Below are positions 30,690 to 40,045 of a DNA stretch of 64,000 nucleotides, one piece after another. The DNA lies in the NCBI GenBank assembly GCA_963771465.1, contig CAVYTU010000015.1, positions 1,024,001 through 1,088,000 on the forward strand, in the 5' to 3' direction. Source of the stretch: an uncultured delta proteobacterium. GTDB taxonomy: Bacteria; Desulfobacterota; Binatia; UBA9968. Below the pieces are notes generated by a model. It worked only from the letters and a program-made list of their open reading frames with translations. It did no database searches and was not told where the DNA came from. The position numbers and the translations under genes are program-made. Position 1 is the stretch's first letter. Each line of letters opens with the position of its first letter.

Positions 30690-32828
30690 CTAGCGACGAT
30701 GGTCCGGCACCGGGCCACTGCTAGTTCCACCGGTATCCCCATTGGTCGTGCCCGGAGTACAAGCCTCGGGAGTTCCGCTCCTGTCTTTTTCACTGTTGCA
30801 AAAAAAACCCTCCTCGTAACCGTCTTCTTGCGGATAAGGTTCGCCAAACTTCGAGTGGAGAGCGAGTTGGGTATAGGTTGGATTATTCTGTAGGATATTC
30901 TGAAAAAGCCAGTCGGGAATTAGTAGCATCAACATATTACTCGATCCACTAGCAGAATTTAAACTGGAGTCGAGCTTGATCGAATCGTCATCTCCGTTCT
31001 GACCCTTGGGACGGTCTAGTTGGAAAAGCGGAGAGGAGTTTTTTGAGATCAATTCATTCTTAGTCCCATTTTTTAGTGATGACACACTCGACTGATCACT
31101 TATATCGGTTAAGAAGACCTGAATGTCGGATACGGAAAGGAGTTTATCATTCGCGCTTTTAGGCTTGTTGATGTCGAGAACAAAATCGCGATGAGTGGTT
31201 CCACCGGTGTTGACGGTTGGCTCCTGGCTCAATAGTAGCGCGTGATTAAACGTATCGGTCGATCCATTGAAGATTACATTGTTGACCGTCGTGTTGTACG
31301 CATCCTTGACTAGTGTGCTACTCGAGGCCTTGATGCGGGTAGGCGACAACCGTAACGCTTCTTCATACTCATGCTGCGCCTGCGCGAACTTGAATTGCCC
31401 GACATAGACACCGCCCAGACCCATATGAATCGCTGAATCTTTAGGGTGATGCTTCTGAATGCGTTGGAACAGCTCCAACGTCTTGTCGTAATCACCTTTC
31501 TTATATAGAGCCCCGGCAGCGGTATACAGAGCTGACCGGTGATCGGGGTATTTTTCTAGAACCTTTTGTGCTTCCTGCAATGCCAAACGATCGTCGCCTA
31601 TGACCAGGTACAAGGCGGCTAAGTCTAATCTGGGCGTGAGCCAGTGGGGTCGTAGTTTAGTAGCTTTCGTTAAGGCCGTTCGAGCCTCGCCCGTCCGTCC
31701 GGTGCCCAACATCGCAATACCAAGAAAATAGTGAGCCGGGGCGTACCCAGGTGAATCGCCCGTCACCGTGGTCAGCAATTGGCTTGCTTTTTCATAATCC
31801 CCAGCCTCGATAAGCTGCCTGGCACGAAAAAACCGACCGACAATATCCTCGGGGTAAGCGTTCAAAATAGAATCCGTGTATTCTTTCGCCTGCTTCAGAT
31901 CTCCTTTACCAAAGGCGAGCTCGACCAAAACTTTTTTAGCTGCCATCGAGTCGGGCCTTTTCGCAAGTAAGCCACGATAGAGTTTTTCGAGGTGGTCAAA
32001 TTGCTGAGTGCGCGAATAAAAGTTCCCCAATACCGAGAGCAACTCGTCGTTGTCTGGGTCAAGCTTGATGGCATTAAGCAGTTCCTTTTCTGCTTTGTCG
32101 CGGTTTCCCTGGTTTAAAAATATCGTCGCGAGAGCCGTGCGCGCGACCACTGATTTTGGATCGAGCTGTCGAACTTTTGTGTAGCTAGCTTCAGCAGCGG
32201 TATAGTCACCTTTAGCAATCTGAACAGCCCCGACGTTAATATGAAAGACGATATTGTTCGGCGACCCGGCGAGAGCATCCCGCAAGATGGCAAGAGCTCC
32301 ATCAAGGTTCCTCTGTGCCAGTGCAATTTCAGAGGCAAGCAGAATCCCTTCGATTGCAGTCGGATCCAAATCGCGAATCTTGAGGAGCTGTTCACCAGCC
32401 TGCACCAAGCCCTTGCTCGACGCATACAAGCGCGCCAACTGAAAGCGTGGCTGAATCAAATTCGGATTGAGCTGAACCGCACGCAAAAACTGCTGAAACG
32501 CTTCGCGCTGATTACCAGCGTGGAGATGGACGACACCTAACTGATGAAAAGTTTCTGCTGAACGCGGATCGGCGTCCGTCGCATTGCGTAGGGCGATGAT
32601 TGCGTCGCTGAGTTTGCCCTGGCTCAAGCTCGCACGCGCTTGATTGACGAAACGCTCGCGTTTGACTTGCGGCGAAACGGCGACTTCTAGAAACCAAGCT
32701 GCTACGCCACCTGCGACGACCACGACAGCGAGCAGAACGAGCAACAGCGTCTTTAACGAAGGGCCGCCGGTTAGGTGCTCGCCCTCAAGATTTGCAGTGA
32801 CATACCTCTCGGTCTCTTTTTCGCTCAT
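30690..32828 (-). CDS. PrsT-like TPR protein fused to a decayed PEP-CTERM protein segment (chimera, probably a pseudogene)
   Basis: TM plus ~500 aa of TPR repeats, then an abrupt switch near 31330 to an N/S/D/G-rich domain ending SSGPVPD. Restoring one base gives VP(E/D)PSSLVLARAGLLSIG*. Confidence 0.7.
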   Translation of the reverse strand: MSEKETERYVTANLEGEHLTGGPSLKTLLLVLLAVVVVAGGVAAWFLEVAVSPQVKRERFVNQARASLSQGKLSDAIIALRNATDADPRSAETFHQLGVVHLHAGNQREAFQQFLRAVQLNPNLIQPRFQLARLYASSKGLVQAGEQLLKIRDLDPTAIEGILLASEIALAQRNLDGALAILRDALAGSPNNIVFHINVGAVQIAKGDYTAAEASYTKVRQLDPKSVVARTALATIFLNQGNRDKAEKELLNAIKLDPDNDELLSVLGNFYSRTQQFDHLEKLYRGLLAKRPDSMAAKKVLVELAFGKGDLKQAKEYTDSILNAYPEDIVGRFFRARQLIEAGDYEKASQLLTTVTGDSPGYAPAHYFLGIAMLGTGRTGEARTALTKATKLRPHWLTPRLDLAALYLVIGDDRLALQEAQKVLEKYPDHRSALYTAAGALYKKGDYDKTLELFQRIQKHHPKDSAIHMGLGGVYVGQFKFAQAQHEYEEALRLSPTRIKASSSTLVKDAYNTTVNNVIFNGSTDTFNHALLLSQEPTVNTGGTTHRDFVLDINKPKSANDKLLSVSDIQVFLTDISDQSSVSSLKNGTKNELISKNSSPLFQLDRPKGQNGDDDSIKLDSSLNSASGSSNMLMLLIPDWLFQNILQNNPTYTQLALHSKFGEPYPQEDGYEEGFFCNSEKDRSGTPEACTPGTTNGDTGGTSSGPVPDHRR

Positions 32829-33861
32829 GATCGCATGCCCAACATCATCGACTCACTAGCGGCATCATTTTGCACGAAGTCTCCGTCGGTGTTGATTTCT
32901 ATCACCCGGATTTGCTCAACGCTAGCATCTAGGTCGAATAGAATCATCAGCTTCATGGGAGCATTGAGCAACAGCCGTACCATCCTTAGATGCGACCGAC
33001 ATCGGCTGACAAATGGAAGGTCGGCAAGACCGCCTCTTAGCGAAGTATTTTCCACTAAAGTCGCTATGACACTCCTGTATGACAGGAACTTTCTCCGGCA
33101 TTAATTAGCCACAGCAAGTGACCGCTTCGTCTCGATAAGATCGGGAGAGAATTGTTGATTAGCGCAGGACAGGTCGGTGTCGGACTCTCAACACCTCTCG
33201 CGCTGCGCCGGTCATCGATTTCGAATGATTGGCGCAAGTTTGGAGCGAAGTGCGATTGGCTGTGCTCAGCTTCCAGTTGCCATCGGTTTGTTTATGTTTG
33301 AACAGGTCAACTTGTTCACGGACTGCTTCTCGATCGGCGAGTATTCTGACACCGGCTGGCTTTATCGATCGGTGTAGCCAGATATTCGATGTTCAAGGCG
33401 AGTCAAGAGAGACCGGCTTCTGCTTTATATCACGTTCCGGGTGACAGCGATAAAACCGCAACCGGCGTTCGAAATTGTCGATGCTGTCCATCTATTGAAC
33501 ACCTGCGTCATCAACTACTCTGAACTACCGAACGAACTTCTTGTGACTTTTGATCACCCGTTGAGTAATTGAAGGACAACTATCTCCTCTCAATATACAG
33601 CAATACGTAATCCAGGAATCATTCGTTGCCATCTTTGCCATCGCCAATTTTTGGGAACGCGCCTTGCACAGAATACCGAGCAAATCAACAAGCCTCCTTC
33701 TCGACAAAGGCAAACCAGCCGCGAGGCTGAAACGCAAAGCCACGGGTCAGGTCACTCCTGATAGCCGGGTTACCGAAGGAAGGATCTAAGAATTTGGCCC
33801 GCCAAGATCGCAGATCCACCTGTTAGTTGTAGAGGTTGGCTCAGAACAGCGAGGCGAAAAA

Positions 33862-35352
33862 ATGTTCAGAAAGTGGTTCGGTACTCTTGTCTTGTCTGGC
33901 GCGTTACTAATTCCACCAGGAATCGCGGCTGCTCAGTCCGCACGACCCCATGGTTCCCACGTTGAAGGGGAACTGTTAGTCAGTCCACGGCAACGCGGCG
34001 CCGATTCGGAGCTGGAAGCGATCTATAGTGGTCACGGCGGAAAAAAAATTCGCACGCTCTCGCAGATCAATGTCCACCAGATAAGTGTACCTGCACATGC
34101 CTTGGAAGCGATCGAAACAGCGCTTCGGAGAAATCCCAAAGTTGCTTTTGTCGAGAAAAATCTAATCGGTGAAGCACAGCTATTCCCGAATGATCCTGGC
34201 TTCCCATCACAATGGCATTTATCACAGATATCCGCTCCCCAAGGCTGGGACATTAGCATCGGGTCCACCTCCGTGCCGATTGCAGTCATCGATTCTGGTG
34301 TCGACCCATCGCATCCTGATCTTTTGCAAATTCAGGGTCATAATTTCCTCTATGGTGGCGATCCCGGAGACACCCGCGATGTTTTGGGACACGGCACATC
34401 GGTAGCGGGAGCCGCCGCTGCGTTGGGCAATTCTGGAATCGGCATTGCCGGGGTCGCATGGATCAATCCAATCATGCCATTGGTTACGGTCACCTCTAGC
34501 AACACGGGGACGATTGCCGACACCTCTGCGGCGATCACCTACGCTGCCGATCATGGTGCACGGGTCATCAACATCAGCCTTGGCTGGACCGGATACACAT
34601 CGACGATGGAATCAGCGGTCAACTATGCATGGAATAAGGGACTCGTGATCGTCGCATCAGCTGGAAACTATGGTAATAATAATCCGATTTACCCAGCAGC
34701 ACTCAACAACGTCGTTAGCGTTTCAGCGTCGGACTCCGCCGACAATTTGGCGAGTTGGTCAACCTACGGAGCCACAGTTGATGTTGCAGCGCCGGGGGTA
34801 TCAATCTACACGACAGCAAACGGCGGCGGGTATCGCTCCGCGAGCGGCACTTCCTTCTCCGCACCGATTGTATCAGGGCTTGCAGCACTGATTATTTCGG
34901 TCAATCCCAATTTTACCAATTCCCAAGTTGTGGACTTGATCCGTAATAATGCGGATGACATGGGCGCGGCAGGGTTCGATCAATATTTTGGCCATGGCAG
35001 AGTTAATTCCTATCGCTCATTGCTGGCAGCGCTCAGCACCAACACTGGAACACCGCCACCTCCGCCTCCCCCACCTGGCGATACCACTCCACCAGTTGTG
35101 GAAGCGGTCGCGATGCAATACGACGGCAAGTGGTTAACCGTAAACGTCTCTGCGTCAGACGCTGAATCTGGCGTCGCTAAAGTGGAGCTCTATGCGAATG
35201 GTAAACTGCAGGCCACCGACAGCTCCAAACCTTATAGTTTCAAAATGAACACAAAGCCGTGGGCCAAAGGCACATACCAAATCCAGGCGAAGGCTTACGA
35301 TACTGCCGGCAATTCGAGCAGCTCCGTGTCCACGACACTCACCATCCAGTAG
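33862..35352 (+). CDS. Secreted S8 subtilase (thermitase-like) with a Pro linker and C-terminal Ig-like domain
   Basis: IAVIDSG, GHGT-x-VAG, SGTSFSAP triad; PPPPPPP linker; A-x-AYD-x-AGN Ig-like tail. Confidence 0.95.
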   Translation: MFRKWFGTLVLSGALLIPPGIAAAQSARPHGSHVEGELLVSPRQRGADSELEAIYSGHGGKKIRTLSQINVHQISVPAHALEAIETALRRNPKVAFVEKNLIGEAQLFPNDPGFPSQWHLSQISAPQGWDISIGSTSVPIAVIDSGVDPSHPDLLQIQGHNFLYGGDPGDTRDVLGHGTSVAGAAAALGNSGIGIAGVAWINPIMPLVTVTSSNTGTIADTSAAITYAADHGARVINISLGWTGYTSTMESAVNYAWNKGLVIVASAGNYGNNNPIYPAALNNVVSVSASDSADNLASWSTYGATVDVAAPGVSIYTTANGGGYRSASGTSFSAPIVSGLAALIISVNPNFTNSQVVDLIRNNADDMGAAGFDQYFGHGRVNSYRSLLAALSTNTGTPPPPPPPPGDTTPPVVEAVAMQYDGKWLTVNVSASDAESGVAKVELYANGKLQATDSSKPYSFKMNTKPWAKGTYQIQAKAYDTAGNSSSSVSTTLTIQ

Positions 35353-35360
35353 TCAAAGAC

Positions 35361-35394
35361 ACCCAGCTCACCGACTAACGTCGGTGGGCTGGGT
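35361..35394. terminator. Hairpin between convergent genes
   Basis: ACCCAGCTCACCGAC-TAAC-GTCGGTGGGCTGGGT, 15-bp stem with one G-U pair. Confidence 0.65.
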
Positions 35395-35428
35395 AGTCCC
35401 GAAAAACACATTCCGCTAGCAGCACCAA

Positions 35429-37234
35429 TTATTTTTTTTCACCACAGGAATGTTCCGTCACGAGGTAGCGCTTAGGAGCACCGGTTTGATTGTTTGGCAA
35501 GATTTCTTCTGCCAGGTTCACGACCCGCACACTCTCCAAAGTCTGGCTCAGATACAACGGACGGCTCCGTGCTCGGCAGACATACGAAACATACTGATCC
35601 CATGACCGACCGTCCCCTAGATTCGATAGCGCAAAGAAATATTTCCACCAACGATAGCTCGGAAATAGTGCTGGTATCGAATCCGGGTGCTCCCAATTAA
35701 CGCTCGCGCCGTTGCGCAAGATGTCGACGACTTCGCCGCTTTTGAGAGTTCCCACGACGACGTACCAGCTATTATGTTTTGGCGCACTGGCGAACATGTT
35801 CCAAATCTGATCGAGTCTTAAAATCGCACCGACTGCTTTGGCTCGTTCAGAAAGTTTGACGGGGCTGTTGGGAAGAGACGCAACATTCCAAATCAGAACA
35901 TACCCCAAGAGAAGAAGAATGAGCAGATTTAGCGTGAACCCGAGTTTAACGCTCCGTTCGCAAGGGCTGGGCGAAGGTATCGCTAGCGAGCAGCCCAGGC
36001 GCCGACGGTGGTTAGCCATGAATTGATAGCTCCACTCGCCCGCGCGCTTAATCGGCTCCCATCGAAGAATAGCCGCGATAGGCCAGAGCAGCGGTGAATG
36101 CGCTACGATCACTACCATTGCTGCGAATCCGTAATGCCGCTTGCCTTGCCCATCCACAACCAGCCAGGAGTTGCGCGAGCGCATGTCCCTTTCGATTGAC
36201 GGGTCGCACTGGGCCGGCTCCACAACAGTTTCCGGTATTAGCAAAAATGTCTTTAGTAGCCGGACTGTCGCTGAAACAAAACAAACATTCCTGATCGTAG
36301 TAGATTCGTAACGCTAGCCTCTCCTTTGTTCTTAATCGGTCTGCTAACTTGTTCCACACCTCTGTTGGCAGCAGACCAAGCATACTCAAGGGTGCAACCC
36401 AGGTAAAAATCCCGATGTTCATAAATATCCCAATGCCCGCGTGCATAAGCACAAAGGCGATGATAGCGACCATCCGCAGGCGGGTCGTCCAGAACGGCGA
36501 AAACAATAACAGGGGGCCAATCAATTCAAACCAATAAATTCCCCGGGTTAGCCAGCTCAACAATACCGGATATGGACGGAGATACTGTGCCCAGGGCGTG
36601 AGGAATTGTTCAAAATGCAAGCGTGTAATAAAGCGCGTTGGCATCCTGCATCCATTCCGCTCCAACCTTATGCAGGACGGAAAACCAATAGACAAAAACA
36701 ATCTGCGCTACATAAGCGAATGTTGCGGCAGAGAATGTCGGTCTAGGAAGCTTCACTGTCGCTCGGGCCTAGCCTAAGCGCACGATCGATGGACCAGCAG
36801 GCGCCCCAGGGCAGAAAAATTGCCCAAAACAGCGTAACCCGGAGCAGGACGTCCCCACCATCGAGGAGCAGAGGATTACGAGCATGCAACGAGGCGAGCA
36901 TAAACCATGACGCTATAGTTACGACGCGTGTCCGGTAGCCAAGCAACAGCGCAACGGCAAATATCCCAGCAATTGTGAATAGCAGTGCTTGAAATTCCCA
37001 CGTCCCGTTAGCCAAGTGGAGAGAGATTCGCCATCGGCTGTATTCCTCAATCAGGGCGGTCCTCGGAAGTACTCCGAAGTCCGTGTAGTGCGCAACCAAG
37101 TCTCGCGACCTCCGGATCAAGTCGATGATAATCAGCATCGCCATCGCCACGCGCAGCGCCGCTAGCGACCGCAGATCAACCCCGAAAAGCTCGGCAAACT
37201 TTTCCCTGAAACGGGCCTGTTGTAAGGATTTCAC
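35429..37234 (-). pseudogene. HTTM-domain membrane protein with an inserted DCC (DUF393)-like domain; about three frameshifts
   Basis: DLRSLA-x-x-R, HYTDFGVLPR, RNP...GGD, WSID, H-x-GI, IYYDQECLFC, Q-x-W-x-MFA, RW-x-KY. Frame breaks near 36755, 36620 and 36270. Confidence 0.82.
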
Positions 37235-37354
37235 TGTCAGCAGAGTATAATCGATGTCCGCGCTGTTGTCTGTTACTGAGACTCAAAGAGCAAGGATCTA
37301 ACTTCGGTGGGATTGGAGAAATGACATCGCCTGTTGCAATGTCCTAGAAATGAA

Positions 37355-37379
37355 GAGGGCGCCGATTCACGGCGCCCTC
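37355..37379 (-). terminator. Terminator-like hairpin after the PEP-CTERM gene
   Basis: GAGGGCGCCG-N5-CGGCGCCCTC, followed by TTCATTTCT on the minus strand. Confidence 0.7.
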
Positions 37380-37407
37380 ATAGAGGCTAATTATTGACTA
37401 GCTGTAG

Positions 37408-38127
37408 CTATTTCGACAAACGACCAAATCCACGCGTCGCTCTACGGACCAACAAAAGACCAGAACCGAGAAGGATAAACGTAGATGGCTCAGGAACTTC
37501 TTGACTGGGGCCGGGACCGGGGCCAGGACCGGTGCCCACCGAGCCGTAAAGAGTCATATGAGAGAGATTGCTCGGAGTTGTATCACTCGGACTATTACCC
37601 CACATCGACCAGTTGCCACAAATATCGGCTGGCGAAATGCAGGTAGCGTTAAGCGTCTCGTCTAAAATATACCATACCCAGTTCACTTGATCCGGGCCTG
37701 AACCATCTCCAGTTCCGCCGTCCTTCATGACCAAGAACAACTTGTCATAGGTGTTAAGGCTGGCCAGATCTACAGACCATGTTCCAGACGGTGCCCCATT
37801 GGCTACTACGTCGAGGGCGCCAGGCACAGCGCCAGAGATCGCATCGTCGCTCTTATCAATGAGCGTTACCGTTGTACTAAACAAGCTGTTGAGTAAGCTT
37901 ATTTGGCCAGCAGTGGTATTACTACTATCTCCCATCCCACAACCATCCGTGGTTTGGAATCCGTTAGAATTATTGTCCGTCGAGATAGCGCCAGTAATAT
38001 TCGGATCTGGCTGGTTGGCGACGATGACGGTGCACGTTACCGCTTGGCTCAGCGACGGCAAAAACCCAACAGCTAACAGCACAACCGTGAGCGATGTTAG
38101 CGCAATTTTACTAATTCTTAGACTCAT
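37408..38127 (-). CDS. PEP-CTERM sorting domain protein
   Basis: Signal peptide, S/T/N/D/G-rich body, GPGPGPGP linker, VPEPSTFILLGSGLLLVRR. Confidence 0.95.
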   Translation of the reverse strand: MSLRISKIALTSLTVVLLAVGFLPSLSQAVTCTVIVANQPDPNITGAISTDNNSNGFQTTDGCGMGDSSNTTAGQISLLNSLFSTTVTLIDKSDDAISGAVPGALDVVANGAPSGTWSVDLASLNTYDKLFLVMKDGGTGDGSGPDQVNWVWYILDETLNATCISPADICGNWSMWGNSPSDTTPSNLSHMTLYGSVGTGPGPGPGPSQEVPEPSTFILLGSGLLLVRRATRGFGRLSK

Positions 38128-38178
38128 ATTTTCTTTACTCCTCTACTACAATTTTCGCGTTGCGATGAAGTAGACGAG

Positions 38179-38194
38179 AGCAAAGCGTACGCCA
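38179..38194 (-). promoter_or_regulatory. sigma54 (-24/-12) promoter of the PEP-CTERM gene
   Basis: Minus strand TGGCGT-ACGCT-TTGCT with correct GG-N10-GC spacing. Confidence 0.8.
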
Positions 38195-38247
38195 GACCTG
38201 AGGATTTTATTCCCTTGGCGTCCAGTCAGAATCACACACTGCGGGAT

Positions 38248-38264
38248 TGTAAAAACAACTGACA
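38248..38264 (-). promoter_or_regulatory. Candidate enhancer (PrsR-type) site
   Basis: TGTCAGTTGTTTTTACA (TGT-N11-ACA ending TTTACA), about 55 nt upstream of the sigma54 site. Confidence 0.65.
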
Positions 38265-38549
38265 GAATTCAAATGTCTCAGTTGTTACTTAAATACCGTT
38301 CCCCGGGAGTACTTTAACAAGGTAGTCAGATTTTTGCTTTCGAAGTTGTCACTATTCGCTGGTGGGAACGTTTTTGGACACGCGAACGGATTGGTCTGTA
38401 GTTGAGTTGATGACCGACAGAAAGTTCGGTTTAAACTGCCCGTTTGATCAAAGCCGGGGGAACACAGGGCGTGTCTTACCGCGAAAAAGGGCCTACTCTT
38501 CCTGCGCGCGGACTAGCGAAAAGCTGCGGGTATGTGAGCGAACAAGAAA

Positions 38550-40034
38550 CTATTTCACGAAGAAGCGAAGCGATTGATTGGTGTATTGAACTAATGGCCC
38601 GAAGTAAATGCCGAACACCACCGTCAGCACGGCGAGCGGCAGTAGGAGGGTGAAATCATTGGCGCCGACGGAGATTGTCTTATCTTCCGGATTAGGTGAG
38701 TCCAGGAACATGGTTTTGACGATTTTCGCGTAGTAGTACAGCGACACGACGCTGTTGAGCGCCGCCACGACGGCCAGCGCCGCAAAGGCGCCGCCTTGTT
38801 TCAAGACAGCGGAGAACAAGAAAAATTTGCCTATGAAGCCGGCGAACGGCGGCAAGCCGGTGAGCGAGAAAAGAAAAACTGCAAAGCATACGGCTGGCAC
38901 GATGGCGCCGCGCCAGGCCAAGCCGCGATAGTTATCGATGTCCTCATCGCCGGTGACGTTGGCGATCATACCGACGACGAGAAAGGCGCCGACGTTCATG
39001 ATCAGGTAAACGACGGCATAGAAGAGAACGGCGGCCAAGCCTTCGTTGGTGAGAATCGCCAGGCCCATCATCATGTAGCCGGCGTGAGCGATGCCGGAAT
39101 AGGCGAGCATGCGCTTGACGTTTCTCTGATTGAGCGCGCACAGATTGCCGACGGTCATGGTGATCATGCTCAATATTAGGAGCACATGCGGCCATTCGAC
39201 GCCGGCGAGAGTCGCCCAATCGCCGCCGGGCAACATGCGTGAGACACCGGGATAAAAAAAGCGGATCATGATCGCCATCCCCGCAGCGTTGGAAGCCACG
39301 GACAAAAACGCGGTGAACGGCGTCGGCGCGCCCTGATAGACGTCAGGCGACCACATGTGAAACGGCACGAAGACGATCTTGTAGCCGAATCCGGCCATGA
39401 TGAAGACAAAGGCCATGAACATCGCGGCGGCGTTGTAGCCTTTTTCGCCGAGCGCGGTGTGAATCGCGGCGTAGTCTAAGCTGCCGGTCATGCCGAAGAT
39501 CCAGCTCATGCCGTAAATCATCGTTCCCGAAGCGACGCCGCCATAGATCAGGTATTTCAGCGCGGCTTCCGTGGAGCGCCGATTGCGCGGCAAGAAGCCG
39601 GTGAGCACGTAGGACATGAGACTGACCAATTCCAACGACAGATAGGCCATCAGCAGATTGCTCGCCGAGGCCATGAAAAACATCCCCAAAGCGCAGGTCA
39701 ACAGCAGCGTGTAGAACTCGCCCTGGTGCACCAGCTTGATCTCATTGCTGCCGAGCGCCATCCAGATGCAGAGAATGGTCGCCGCCATGGTAAAAACTTT
39801 GAAGAACAAACTGAAGTTGTCGAGCACCATCATGCGGTGAAACATCCAGCCCGGCGCCGCGCTATACAAGTCGAACGTCGCGATCAGCGCGCCGGCGCAA
39901 CCGACCACGGCGATCAGCGCCAGGCTGCGCTTATTCTGCGCGATCAGATCGAGCACGATCAACAGCAAGATCGTCACCGAGAGAATCGCCTCGGGGAGAA
40001 AAAAAGTCAGGCTGGCGACGTTTTTCAGGTCCAT
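38550..40034 (-). CDS. nuoN: NADH-quinone oxidoreductase subunit N
   Basis: EAALKYL, PFHMWSPDVYQGAPTP, KRMLAYS-x-IAH, G-x-PP-x-AGF-x-GK. Confidence 0.96.
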   Translation of the reverse strand: MDLKNVASLTFFLPEAILSVTILLLIVLDLIAQNKRSLALIAVVGCAGALIATFDLYSAAPGWMFHRMMVLDNFSLFFKVFTMAATILCIWMALGSNEIKLVHQGEFYTLLLTCALGMFFMASASNLLMAYLSLELVSLMSYVLTGFLPRNRRSTEAALKYLIYGGVASGTMIYGMSWIFGMTGSLDYAAIHTALGEKGYNAAAMFMAFVFIMAGFGYKIVFVPFHMWSPDVYQGAPTPFTAFLSVASNAAGMAIMIRFFYPGVSRMLPGGDWATLAGVEWPHVLLILSMITMTVGNLCALNQRNVKRMLAYSGIAHAGYMMMGLAILTNEGLAAVLFYAVVYLIMNVGAFLVVGMIANVTGDEDIDNYRGLAWRGAIVPAVCFAVFLFSLTGLPPFAGFIGKFFLFSAVLKQGGAFAALAVVAALNSVVSLYYYAKIVKTMFLDSPNPEDKTISVGANDFTLLLPLAVLTVVFGIYFGPLVQYTNQSLRFFVK

Positions 40035-40045
40035 GACTTCGTGGC

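Noticed and set aside
32825-33800. Small ORFs between the TPR gene and the subtilase
   Set aside because: No recognisable motifs, RBS or consistent frame; probably degraded DNA.
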